Shown in pieces: positions 48,135 through 60,852 of a stretch of DNA of 64,000 nt. The notes below the pieces were generated by a model, which searched no databases, had not been told where the DNA came from, and saw only the letters and a program-made list of their open reading frames with translations. A program made the translations under genes and the position numbers. This DNA comes from Rhabdothermincola salaria (GTDB taxonomy: Bacteria; Actinomycetota; Acidimicrobiia; Acidimicrobiales; Acidimicrobilacustridaceae), in contig NZ_JAJQXW010000002.1 in NCBI RefSeq assembly GCF_021246445.1, positions 310,001-374,000 of the forward strand, read 5' to 3'. The stretch's first letter is position 1. Each line of letters starts with the position of its first letter.

Positions 48135-49684
48135 ACGGCGCCCGCGCCCTGCTCGACACCCTCGTGGCCAGCGGCGTCGAGGTGTGCTTCACCAACCCCG
48201 GCACGTCCGAGATGCACTTCGTGGCCGCCCTCGACCAGGTGCCGGAGATGCGCGGCGTGCTCACCCTCTTCGAGGGCGTGGCCACCGGGGCCGCCGACGG
48301 GTACGGACGGATGGCCGGCCGACCCGCAGCCACCCTGTTGCACCTCGGACCGGGGCTCGGCAACGGGCTGGCCAACCTCCACAACGCCCGTCGGGCCCGC
48401 ACCCCCATCGTCAACATCGTCGGCGACCACGCGCTGTCCCACCAGCGCTACGACGCCCAGCTGCAGTCCGACATCGCCACGGTGGCCCGCAATGTGTCGT
48501 CCTGGATCGTCTCGTCCACCGCCACCGACGCCGTCGCCGGCGACGCCGCGGCCGCGGTGGCCGCCGCCGCCGGACCGCCCGGTTCGGTCGCCACACTGGT
48601 CCTGCCCGCCGACGTGTGCTGGACCGACGGGGCGAGCCCCGCCCCGCCCGCCGCCGCGCCCGGGGCCGCCGCCGTGGCCGCCGACCACGTCGAGCACGTC
48701 GCCGCCCTCCTGCGCGACGGCGGGCCCGCGGCCATCCTCCTCGGAGGGCGCGCCGGCCACGGTCCCGCGCTCGACGACGTCGCCCGCGTGGCCGCCGGCA
48801 CCGGCGCCAAGCTCCTCGCCGAGACCTTCCCCGCCCGCCTGGAGCGCGGCGCGGGACGTCCACCGGTGGAGCGGCTCTCCTACCTCGGCGACTTCGCCGC
48901 CGCGCAGCTCGCCGGGCTGCGCCACCTGGTGCTGGTCGACGCCGCCTCGCCGGTGTCGTTCTTCGCCTACCCCGACAAGCCCAGCAACCTCGTGCCCGAG
49001 GGGTGCGAGGTCACCGTGCTGGCGGCCGGCGCCGACGATGTGGCCGGCGCGCTGGCCGCGCTGGCCGCCGCGGTCGGCGCCCCGCCGGCGCCGCCCCGTC
49101 AGGAGCCGGCCCGGCCCGCACGCCCCACGGGCGCGCTCACGGCCGACACCGCGGCCCAGGCCATCGGCGCCCTGCTCCCCGAGCACGCGATCGTCTCGGA
49201 CGAGGCCAACACCTCAGGGCTGTTCGCGCCGGTCCACACCGCGGGCGCACCGGCTCACGACTGGCTCACCCTCACCGGCGGAGCCATCGGCCAAGGGCTT
49301 CCCGTGGCGGTGGGGGCGGCCATCGCCTGTCCGGACCGCAAGGTGTTGGCCCTGCAGGCCGACGGCAGCGCCCTCTACACGATCCAGGCCCTGTGGACCA
49401 TGGCCCGCGAGGACCTCGACGTCACCGTCGTGGTCTTCAACAACCGTTCGTACGCGGTGCTCAACATGGAGCTCGACCGGGTCGGCGGGGGCGAGCCGGG
49501 ACCGGTGGCCCGCTCGATGTTCGACCTGTCGGATCCGCCCATCGACTTCGTGACGCTGGCCGCCGGGCTGGGCGTCCCGGCCTCACGGGCCGACACCGCC
49601 GAGTCGTTCGTGTCGCACCTCGAGCGGGCGCTGGATGCTCCCGGCCCTCGCCTGGTGGAGGCGATGGTCCCGCCGATCGTCTGA
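48131..49684 (+). CDS. ThDP-dependent enzyme, acetolactate synthase large-subunit-like
   Basis: NPGTSEMH, ADGYGRM and ADGSALYT...NN; GTGA coupling with the upstream gene. Confidence 0.88.
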   Translation: MNGARALLDTLVASGVEVCFTNPGTSEMHFVAALDQVPEMRGVLTLFEGVATGAADGYGRMAGRPAATLLHLGPGLGNGLANLHNARRARTPIVNIVGDHALSHQRYDAQLQSDIATVARNVSSWIVSSTATDAVAGDAAAAVAAAAGPPGSVATLVLPADVCWTDGASPAPPAAAPGAAAVAADHVEHVAALLRDGGPAAILLGGRAGHGPALDDVARVAAGTGAKLLAETFPARLERGAGRPPVERLSYLGDFAAAQLAGLRHLVLVDAASPVSFFAYPDKPSNLVPEGCEVTVLAAGADDVAGALAALAAAVGAPPAPPRQEPARPARPTGALTADTAAQAIGALLPEHAIVSDEANTSGLFAPVHTAGAPAHDWLTLTGGAIGQGLPVAVGAAIACPDRKVLALQADGSALYTIQALWTMAREDLDVTVVVFNNRSYAVLNMELDRVGGGEPGPVARSMFDLSDPPIDFVTLAAGLGVPASRADTAESFVSHLERALDAPGPRLVEAMVPPIV

Positions 49685-49739
49685 CCGTCGGTGGAGGCGG
49701 CGAACGGGCGGCCGGAGCTCGAACCGGCCGCCCGTCGGC

Positions 49740-49988
<249 letters not shown>

Positions 49989-50068
49989 GTCCCATCTCTA
50001 CCGCATCCGGCGGCGGCCATGCCGGACCAGAACGTCACCAACTGGTCCGCCGAAGGTCACGAAGGGGT

Positions 50069-51043
50069 TCACACCCAGAAGGAGCGCAGCTCCTCGGCGT
50101 CGGCGTCGGCCTGACGCCGGGCCATCTCCACCGCCTCGGGCACCGCGGCCGGATCCATCAAGGTGAGGGGGTCCATGCGCTCGGGGATGCGCAGGAACAC
50201 CTCGGTGCCGGAGTCACGCAGGGCCTGCAGCTCGCGCTCGGGCCCTCCCGGCGCCATCGTCATCATCCCCTCGGTCGCGCCGGCGCCGTCGGTGAGAGCC
50301 AGCACCACCGCCTTGTGGGCCCCGGCCAGCAGGTCGAGGTGGGTGCCGGTGCCGCTCACGCCGCCGTCCATGCATCGCCGATCGAGGATCGGTTGCGGAG
50401 TGAACAGGCCGGGCACCGCACTGCTGGCCGCCACCGCCCTGTTGACCCGCACACGGGAGCGGTGGGTGACCACACACCGTTCGGCCGTGAAGGCGTCGAC
50501 GCAGGTGATGTGCAGCGTCGGCGAGGGCCACTTGCGCGTCCCCAGGATGAGGGCCACGTTGCGGGGCATCACCGTCGGACCGGGAGCCCGGGCGGCCAGG
50601 GCGGCGTGCCCGATGGCCCTGATGGTGTCGGGCTCGGCGTCGGCGGCCAGGCCGAACTGGTCGCGGGCTCGCTCCTGGCTGGGGTGGAGGTCGCCGGCGG
50701 GGGCGAGGGCGCCGAGCAGCTTGGGGAGCTTGGACAGCACCCCGAGCTCCTTGTGGAGCCGACCCAGGTGGCCGGCCTCGAGCACCGACGACACGATCGA
50801 CCCGGCGGATGTGCCCACCACGCGGTCGGCTCCCGCGAGGTCGATGCCCCGGTCGGCCATCTCCTGGAGGTAGGTGACCTGCCAGGCGACGAAGAACAGC
50901 CCCCCACCGCCGAGCGAGAGCCCGGTGTGCAGGCCCTCGCCGTAGCGGGCGTCGAAGTCGTGGGGCAACGCCAGGCCGTCGGGCGGCGGCGGCGGTGCGG
51001 CCTCGTAGGGCACCGCCTCGAAGTTGGTCGTCGGCGCGATCAT
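50069..51043 (-). CDS. Patatin-like phospholipase
   Basis: LGGGG, GTSAG, ASSAVP and MDGG. Confidence 0.88.
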   Translation of the reverse strand: MIAPTTNFEAVPYEAAPPPPPDGLALPHDFDARYGEGLHTGLSLGGGGLFFVAWQVTYLQEMADRGIDLAGADRVVGTSAGSIVSSVLEAGHLGRLHKELGVLSKLPKLLGALAPAGDLHPSQERARDQFGLAADAEPDTIRAIGHAALAARAPGPTVMPRNVALILGTRKWPSPTLHITCVDAFTAERCVVTHRSRVRVNRAVAASSAVPGLFTPQPILDRRCMDGGVSGTGTHLDLLAGAHKAVVLALTDGAGATEGMMTMAPGGPERELQALRDSGTEVFLRIPERMDPLTLMDPAAVPEAVEMARRQADADAEELRSFWV

Positions 51044-51197
51044 GGCCGCACGCTACCCACCATCGGGACGGCCCTTCCGGCTGCGTCCCGCACGAGCGCG
51101 ACACCGGGGCCCGCCGGGGCCGGGCGGCGACCCGGGAATGGGCACGGGGGCGGCAGGGCGCGAGAGTGGTCCCCGTCCGCCGACGTCGGAGCATGCG

Positions 51198-51347
51198 ATG
51201 ACCGAGCCCGAGCACCGACCCCTGCGCCCGCCCGAGGGCGACGACGAGGGGCCTCGTCACCCGCCGCTGCAGACGGCGCTGCTGGTCGGCGGGGTGCTCC
51301 TGCTCATCGTCCTGCTCGCCGTGATCAGCACGTTGCAGCAGACCTGA
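51198..51347 (+). CDS. Small single-TM protein (49 aa)
   Basis: GGAG SD; charged N-terminus followed by one hydrophobic helix; fills the gap between neighbouring genes. Confidence 0.55.
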   Translation: MTEPEHRPLRPPEGDDEGPRHPPLQTALLVGGVLLLIVLLAVISTLQQT

Positions 51348-51369
51348 TCCCCCGGACCCGGTCCCGGGG

Positions 51370-51639
51370 TCAGCGCACCTCGAACCCGGTCGCCCCACTC
51401 GGGGCCCTGTCGGTGAGGTCAAGGTGGTCGACCACGGCCCCGGGCGGACCCTCGGCCATCCAGGCCAACAGGGCCTCCACGGCCGGGCGCTCACCCTCGA
51501 GCGTCGCCTCGACCGTGCCGTCGGGGCGGTTGCGCACCCACCCCGTCACCCCGGCCGACCGCGCCCGCTCGATGCAGGTCTGGCGATACCAGACGCCCTG
51601 CACCCGACCGGACACCACCACGTGGACGGCCACCGTCAT
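51370..51639 (-). CDS. acyP: Acylphosphatase
   Basis: VSGRVQGVWYR and GWVRNRPDGTVE. Confidence 0.9.
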   Translation of the reverse strand: MTVAVHVVVSGRVQGVWYRQTCIERARSAGVTGWVRNRPDGTVEATLEGERPAVEALLAWMAEGPPGAVVDHLDLTDRAPSGATGFEVR

Positions 51640-51722
51640 CACCGCGGACACCCTCCCCCAATGCTCCCGACCACGCCCCCCACCCAGCGCCCAGACCCGA
51701 CAGGTTTGCCGAGCCACCTCCC

Positions 51723-52715
51723 TCAGCCGATGACGGCCGCGGCGAAGGCCCGCATCTCGCGCTCGACGTCGGGCCCGGCGGGCGTGTAGAGCACCTCGGT
51801 CACGCCGTTGGCCTCGGAGGCCTTCACCCGGGCGGCGATGTCGTCGGCCTCGCCCACCCAGCCGGCGCCCCCCAGGGCTTCGGCGGTGGCGGCCTCGAGC
51901 ACCATACGATCGCGGTCGGTGACCTCGGTGACGTGCCCCTCGTGGACCGCCAGGTGGCGCTCGCCCTCGGGGCGGTCGGCCTCCACCCGGGCCAGCCACT
52001 CGGCACCGGCCGGCATGCCCTCGAGGGCCTCGCGGAACTGGGTCCACACGTAGTGGTAGCTGACCACGTACCAGGGTCCGATGGCCTCACGGGCCCGAGG
52101 GTCGCCGGGCGACTCGCCCGGGTCGAGGACGGTGCCCGACACCATCTGCACGTGCCGGCCGAAGTCGCCCGGCTCTCCGGCGACGTCCATGAGGCCGGCC
52201 GCCACCCCGGATTCGACCATCTCCTTGGTGATGCCCAGGCCCTTGGGGCCGAGGGCCGAGACCAACAACGGCGTCTCGATGGGGCGCGGGATGGCCAGCG
52301 AGGGGCGGTGGATCATCTGGGCCTGGCCCCCGTCGATGTCGGCGACGCCGCCGTCGAGGAGGGTGCGCAGCTGCTCGATGTAGCGCCGCAGCGTGGCCCA
52401 CGTGAGCGCCGGCTTGTCGAGCACCCAACGGGCGGTGAGGCCGGTGCCGAACCCGCACGTCAACCGACCCGGGGCCAGGCGCTCGATGGTGGCGATGGCC
52501 GACGCAGTGGTCATCACGTGGCGCAGGTTGGGCACCAGCACGGCGGTGCCGACGTCGAGCGACGTGGCCTGCACGACGTTGGCCAGGTTGATCCAGATGT
52601 CCTCGTACAGCGCGGCTGAGTCGTACATCCAGACGCGGTCGTAGCCCAGCTCCTCGGCCACCCGGGCCAGGCGCACGGCGTCGGGCCCGGGCACCACACC
52701 GATCGAGATCTCCAT
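51723..52715 (-). CDS. LLM-class flavin-dependent oxidoreductase
   Basis: AEELGYDRVWMYDS, GTAVLVPNLRH and APGRL..GFGTG. Confidence 0.85.
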   Translation of the reverse strand: MEISIGVVPGPDAVRLARVAEELGYDRVWMYDSAALYEDIWINLANVVQATSLDVGTAVLVPNLRHVMTTASAIATIERLAPGRLTCGFGTGLTARWVLDKPALTWATLRRYIEQLRTLLDGGVADIDGGQAQMIHRPSLAIPRPIETPLLVSALGPKGLGITKEMVESGVAAGLMDVAGEPGDFGRHVQMVSGTVLDPGESPGDPRAREAIGPWYVVSYHYVWTQFREALEGMPAGAEWLARVEADRPEGERHLAVHEGHVTEVTDRDRMVLEAATAEALGGAGWVGEADDIAARVKASEANGVTEVLYTPAGPDVEREMRAFAAAVIG

Positions 52716-52876
52716 GACGAACCTCCCCCTCCGGCGCCGGTCGCACGCGGCGCGGCGTCCGACCCTAATGGGTCGGCACCGGTGGGTTCGGCCCTGCCGG
52801 ATCGCCCGACGGCCCGACGGGACCACCCGGGCCGGGAGCGACGGAAGGGAGGACCGAGGCGATGGTGGGGCCGGGT

Positions 52877-54448
52877 TCAGCCCCGGCGGGAGCCGCCGGA
52901 GGAACCGGCCGAACGGCCGCCACCCCCACCGCTGCGGCGGCCGGCGGCGGAACCGCGACCACCCCCGCTGGCACTGCCCTTGCCCCGCCCACCGGAGGGG
53001 CCCTGGCCGCGGCCACCGCCGTTGGGACCACCGGAACGACCCCGACGACCGCTGCGGGCGCCCGCGGCCTCACCGGTGGCGGTGACCCTGGTCGTGGTGG
53101 AGCTGCCCCGGCGGCGTGAGCCGGGGCGGCCGCCGGGGTTGCCGGCGGCCGGGTTGGCGTGGGCCAGGGCGGCCGCGATCTCGGCCGCCGAGCGGACCGA
53201 ACGCTGGCCGGGAGCGAGCTCGACCAGCAACGGGTGCCCCGGGCGGGCCGAGGTCACGGTCGGGTTGATGCCCGCCTTGCGGGTGAGCTGGCGGACGTCG
53301 CCGTGCTGGGTCTCGGTGGCCAGCGTGACCACCGTGCCGTCGGCGCCGGCCCGGGCGGTGCGACCGGAGCGGTGCAGGTACGCCTTGTGCTCGACCGGCG
53401 GGTCGGCGTGGATCACCAGGGTGACGTCGTCGACGTGGATGCCACGGGCCGCGATGTCGGTGGCCACCATGGCCGTGGCCCGGCCCTCGTGGAACGCGGC
53501 CAGGTTGCGGGTGCGGGCGTTCTGGGCCAGGTTCCCGTGCATCTCGACCGCAGGGACGCCGTGGGCGTTGAGCTGCTTGGTGAGCTGCTTGGCCCGGTGC
53601 TTGGTGCGGGTGAAGACCATGGTGCGTCCGGGAGCCGAGGTGAGGTCGACGAGCACCGGAAGGCGGTCGGCGGTGCTCACGTGCAGCACGTGGTGGGTCA
53701 TGGTGTCGACCGGGGACTCGGCCGAGTCGACCGAGTGGGTGACCGGGCTGGTCAGGTAGCGCTTGACGATGACGTCGATGCCGTTGTCGAGGGTGGCCGA
53801 GAAGAGCATCCGCTGCCCGGCGTCGGGCGTGCGGTCGAGGAGGCGCTTCACGACGGGCAGGAAGCCGAGGTCGGCCATGTGGTCGGCCTCGTCGAGCACG
53901 GTGACCTCGACGCGGTCGAGGTGGCAGTGCCCCTGACCGATGAGGTCCTCGAGGCGCCCCGGGCAGGCCACGACGATGTCGATGCCGTTGCGCAGGGCGG
54001 TGACCTGGGGGTTCTGCCCGACCCCACCGAAGACGGTGAGGGTGCGCAGCCCGAGCGGCTTGGCCAGGGGCCGGATGGTGTCGTCGATCTGGGTGGCCAG
54101 CTCACGGGTCGGGGCCAGGATGAGCGCCCGCGGACGGCCGGGCTTGCGGTCGCGACGCTGGGCGGCGAGACGGGTGAGCACCGGGAGGGCGAAGGCCAGG
54201 GTCTTGCCCGACCCGGTACGGCCCCGTCCGAGGACGTCGCGCCCGGCCAGCGAGTCGGGCAGCGTGGCGGTCTGGATCGGGAACGGGCTGGTGATCCCCG
54301 AGCGGGTCAACACGTCGCACAGCTCGGCGGGCACGCCGAGCTCGGCGAACGAGGCGTTCGGGTCGGCGGGCGCGGCGCCCGGCACGGGAGCAGCGGCGCG
54401 GACGGGCGCGGCCGAGGACGACTGGGAGCGGGGGCGACGAGGCGCCAT
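52877..54448 (-). CDS. DEAD-box RNA helicase with a Gly/Arg-rich tail
   Basis: Q motif, GSGKT, PTRELA, DEAD, SAT, ARGIH and HRSGRTAR. Confidence 0.95.
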   Translation of the reverse strand: MAPRRPRSQSSSAAPVRAAAPVPGAAPADPNASFAELGVPAELCDVLTRSGITSPFPIQTATLPDSLAGRDVLGRGRTGSGKTLAFALPVLTRLAAQRRDRKPGRPRALILAPTRELATQIDDTIRPLAKPLGLRTLTVFGGVGQNPQVTALRNGIDIVVACPGRLEDLIGQGHCHLDRVEVTVLDEADHMADLGFLPVVKRLLDRTPDAGQRMLFSATLDNGIDVIVKRYLTSPVTHSVDSAESPVDTMTHHVLHVSTADRLPVLVDLTSAPGRTMVFTRTKHRAKQLTKQLNAHGVPAVEMHGNLAQNARTRNLAAFHEGRATAMVATDIAARGIHVDDVTLVIHADPPVEHKAYLHRSGRTARAGADGTVVTLATETQHGDVRQLTRKAGINPTVTSARPGHPLLVELAPGQRSVRSAAEIAAALAHANPAAGNPGGRPGSRRRGSSTTTRVTATGEAAGARSGRRGRSGGPNGGGRGQGPSGGRGKGSASGGGRGSAAGRRSGGGGGRSAGSSGGSRRG

Positions 54449-54614
54449 GGGGGGACTTCCTTCACTGATGCGATCCGCGGTGCGGACGGTGATGAGGTCC
54501 GCCTTGCGGACCGGGCCTCGCCACCGTCACGGTGGGGCCCCTCAGCGAAGCGGCGCCGCTCCGGAACTGGAACGACCCGCCGACCCTAGCCCGGTTCGCC
54601 CCGTGATCCTCACC

Positions 54615-56720
54615 TCACAGCGATCGACCCACGAGGTAGCCGCTGCGCACGGCCCCCTGGATGTAGCCCACCTCGCCGGCGTCACCCACCACGTGGACCT
54701 CGAACCCAGCGGCGCGCACCGCGTCGGCCAGGCCGGTGTCGGGCACCACGCCGCCGGCCAGGATCACCTGGTCGGCCACGGCCGTGCGCTCCTCGTCGGC
54801 CACCCGGTAGGTGACGGCCCGCTCGTCGATGCCCACCAGCTCGGCCCCGCTCACGAACACCACTCCGAGCTCGCGGGCCTCGTGCAACGCCCGGGCCCGG
54901 CGAGGGTGGGCCATCTCCACCCCGAGCTTCTCGCCGGCCTCGAGCACGGTGACGCGCCGGTCGCGCTCGGCCAGGAACTCGGCCAGCTCGACGCCCACCA
55001 GGCCACCGCCCCAGACCACGACGTCGTCGCCGAAGGGCATCCAGCGGCGCGAGAGCTCGCGGACCCTGGCCATGTCGTCGGTGAGGCCGAGGCGCCGGCC
55101 GGCGCCGACCGCCAGGCGCTCGTGCCACCGCAGGCCACGGGCGCCGTCGCCGCCCCCGCCGGTCAGCAGGGCCCGTAGGTCGTCGCCGGAGAGCACGTGG
55201 GGCAGGTGGGCACCGGGCACGGGGGGACGTTCACGGCGGGCTCCGGTGGCCACCACGACGGCATCCGGCGAGAGGGTCCGCAGGGTCGCCGCGTCGGCCG
55301 AGGTGTCGAGGCGCACGTCCACGCCGGCCTCGGCGATGGCGGCCGAGAGGTAGCGCACCAGCTCGGCGTTCATGGGCGTGGTGAGCGACGAGAAGCGGGC
55401 CGTGCCGCCGAGGTGCGGCGACCGCTCGAGCAGGGTGACCCGGTGGCCCCGCAGGACGGCGACGCGGGCCGCCTCCATGCCGCCGGGACCTCCGCCCACC
55501 ACGACGACGTGTCGCGCGGGGTCGGCCGGAGGCAACGGCCCCTCGTCGTAGTGGCCGAGCTCGGCGTTGACGGCGCACACCGGGGTGCCGTCCCAGAAGT
55601 TCTGGGCGACGCAGACGTAGCAGTTGATGCAGGTGCGCACCAGATCCGGGCGCCCGGCGGCCAGGCGGGCCGGGATCTCGGGATCGGCCAGCAGCTGACG
55701 GCCCATGGAGACGAAGTCGCAGACACCCTCGCCGATGAGCCGATCGCCGGCCTCGGGCATGATGCGGCCCACGGCGATCACGGGGATCGACACGGCGGCC
55801 TTCACCGTGCGGGCGTAGTCGACGTACTGCTCGGGCTTCCAGGGCAGTGGCCCGAGGGTGAATCCGGTGCCCATGGCGTTGGGGGCGCTGGCGCTGACGT
55901 GGACAGCGTGTGCCCCCGCCTCCTCCGCGAGGCGGGCGTGCCGGGCGGCCAGATCGGGGGTGATGCCTCCCTCGACGTGCTCGCTGCCGTCGAGGCGCAC
56001 GATCACGGCGAAGTCGTCGCCGCAGCGGGCCCGGATGGCCGCCACGACCTCGACCAGCAGGCGGGCCCGCCGCTCGACGGTGCCGCCGTACTCGTCGTCG
56101 CGCCGGTTGAACCGGGGCGAGAGGAACTCGGCGATCAGGTAGCCGTGGGCGGCGTGCACCTCGATGCCGTCGAGCCCCGCCGCCTGGACGCGAGCGGCGG
56201 CGTCGGCGAAGGAGTCGACCACCCAGGCGATGTCGTCGAGCGTGGCCTGGTGCTGGGTGGGCTGCTTGCCCCCGGTGAGAGCCGCCATCTTCATCAGCTC
56301 GGGCACGGTGATGGCGCTGATGTCGTAGTCCTCCGGGGGGAGGGGCACCGACGGCACCAGCTGGGCCCGGTCGTCCTGGGCGTCGACGCCGGCGGTCTTG
56401 CCGTGGTGGCAGGCCTGCACGATCATCTTCGAGCCGTGGGCGTGCACCGCCTCGGCGAGGCGGCGGAGGCCGGGGACGAAGCGGTCGTCGGAGAGCGCCG
56501 GCTGATGTCGCGACGTGGCGCCCACCGGCCAGGCCACCGCCGAGGTCTCGAGGATCAACAGCCCCACCCGGCCCTCGGCCCGCGCCTCGTAGTGGGCGAT
56601 GGTGAGGTCGGTGACCGCACCCTCGTCGCACGTGTTCTGGTCCATCGCCGGCATCACGATGCGGTTGCGGGTGCGCAGGGGCCCGATGCGGCCGGGCGCG
56701 AGCAGGTTGATCGGTTCCAT
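54615..56720 (-). CDS. NADH:flavin oxidoreductase (OYE/2,4-dienoyl-CoA reductase-like, with Fe-S and FAD domains)
   Basis: HAAHGYL, NRRDDEYGG, CINCYVC...CAVN and GGGPGG. Confidence 0.9.
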   Translation of the reverse strand: MEPINLLAPGRIGPLRTRNRIVMPAMDQNTCDEGAVTDLTIAHYEARAEGRVGLLILETSAVAWPVGATSRHQPALSDDRFVPGLRRLAEAVHAHGSKMIVQACHHGKTAGVDAQDDRAQLVPSVPLPPEDYDISAITVPELMKMAALTGGKQPTQHQATLDDIAWVVDSFADAAARVQAAGLDGIEVHAAHGYLIAEFLSPRFNRRDDEYGGTVERRARLLVEVVAAIRARCGDDFAVIVRLDGSEHVEGGITPDLAARHARLAEEAGAHAVHVSASAPNAMGTGFTLGPLPWKPEQYVDYARTVKAAVSIPVIAVGRIMPEAGDRLIGEGVCDFVSMGRQLLADPEIPARLAAGRPDLVRTCINCYVCVAQNFWDGTPVCAVNAELGHYDEGPLPPADPARHVVVVGGGPGGMEAARVAVLRGHRVTLLERSPHLGGTARFSSLTTPMNAELVRYLSAAIAEAGVDVRLDTSADAATLRTLSPDAVVVATGARRERPPVPGAHLPHVLSGDDLRALLTGGGGDGARGLRWHERLAVGAGRRLGLTDDMARVRELSRRWMPFGDDVVVWGGGLVGVELAEFLAERDRRVTVLEAGEKLGVEMAHPRRARALHEARELGVVFVSGAELVGIDERAVTYRVADEERTAVADQVILAGGVVPDTGLADAVRAAGFEVHVVGDAGEVGYIQGAVRSGYLVGRSL

Positions 56721-56793
56721 CAACCGGTGAGGGTAGCGATCGGTGGCCGTCCGCCTCGTGGTCGCTGGCCGGGTGCGGGGGTAGGACCTCGTC

Positions 56794-57336
56794 ATGCCCG
56801 ACCGGTCGAACGCGGACGACTACGGCGACGTCCCCGCCCAACTCCTCGATCACCACACCCACCAGGACGAGCTCCGCCAGCGCTACTACGGGCTGCTCCA
56901 GGAGCTCCGGGTGCTGCTGCCGGGCGTGACGGTGCTGGTGGCCTTCCTGTTGACCGCCCCGTTCAACAGCCGGTTCAACGAGCTCGACGACGTCGAGCGG
57001 GCGGCGTTCTCGTTGGCGCTGTGGTCATCGATCATGGCCGTGATCAGCTTCGTGTCACCGACGGTGTTCCATCGCATCGGCGGGCGCACCCTGCGCGCCG
57101 AACGGCTCATCTGGGGCATCCGCACCATGCGGGCCGGGCTGGTGTTCTTCGCCACCGCCCTGCTCTCGGCCAGCCTGGTGGTGACCCGCTTCCTCTTCTC
57201 GCCGGTGGTGGCAGCGGCGTTCGTGGCCAGCATCGGCGCATCGATGGTCGTCGCCTGGGTCGTCGTGCCCGTCGCCATCACCCGGCGCAAGAACGGTGCG
57301 CCCACCCATCCCGACCCCACCGGGGAGCCCGGCTGA
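56794..57336 (+). CDS. DUF6328-like membrane protein
   Basis: LLQELRV..PGV.VL.AFLLT.PF...F and P..FHR; 4 TM segments. Confidence 0.7.
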   Translation: MPDRSNADDYGDVPAQLLDHHTHQDELRQRYYGLLQELRVLLPGVTVLVAFLLTAPFNSRFNELDDVERAAFSLALWSSIMAVISFVSPTVFHRIGGRTLRAERLIWGIRTMRAGLVFFATALLSASLVVTRFLFSPVVAAAFVASIGASMVVAWVVVPVAITRRKNGAPTHPDPTGEPG

Positions 57337-57346
57337 GCGGGCGTGA

Positions 57347-60565
<3,219 letters not shown>

Positions 60566-60583
60566 CGGTCTCGGCGAGCCCGG

Positions 60584-60799
60584 CTACGACCCGGTGACCA
60601 CCCGGACCTCGTCGCCGAGCGCGGTGACGACGTCGCCGGGACGCAGCTGGCGGCCCCGACGGTGCTCGACCTCGCCGTTGACGACGACGTCGTCGCCCTC
60701 GAGCAGCATCTTGGCGTCGGATCCCGAATCGATCAGACCGGCCAGCTTCAACAGCTGGCCGAGTCGGATGGACTCGTCGGTGATGGCCACGTCTCGCAC
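60584..60799 (-). CDS. S4-domain RNA-binding protein (YaaA/YbcJ-like)
   Basis: IRLGQLLKLAGLIDSGSDAK...VNGEVEHRRGRQL. Confidence 0.88.
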   Translation of the reverse strand: MRDVAITDESIRLGQLLKLAGLIDSGSDAKMLLEGDDVVVNGEVEHRRGRQLRPGDVVTALGDEVRVVTGS

Positions 60800-60852
60800 G
60801 GCTCCATGGTGGTGCATCCGAGCCGTGCCGGCCGCCCCACCGCGACCGGGCG

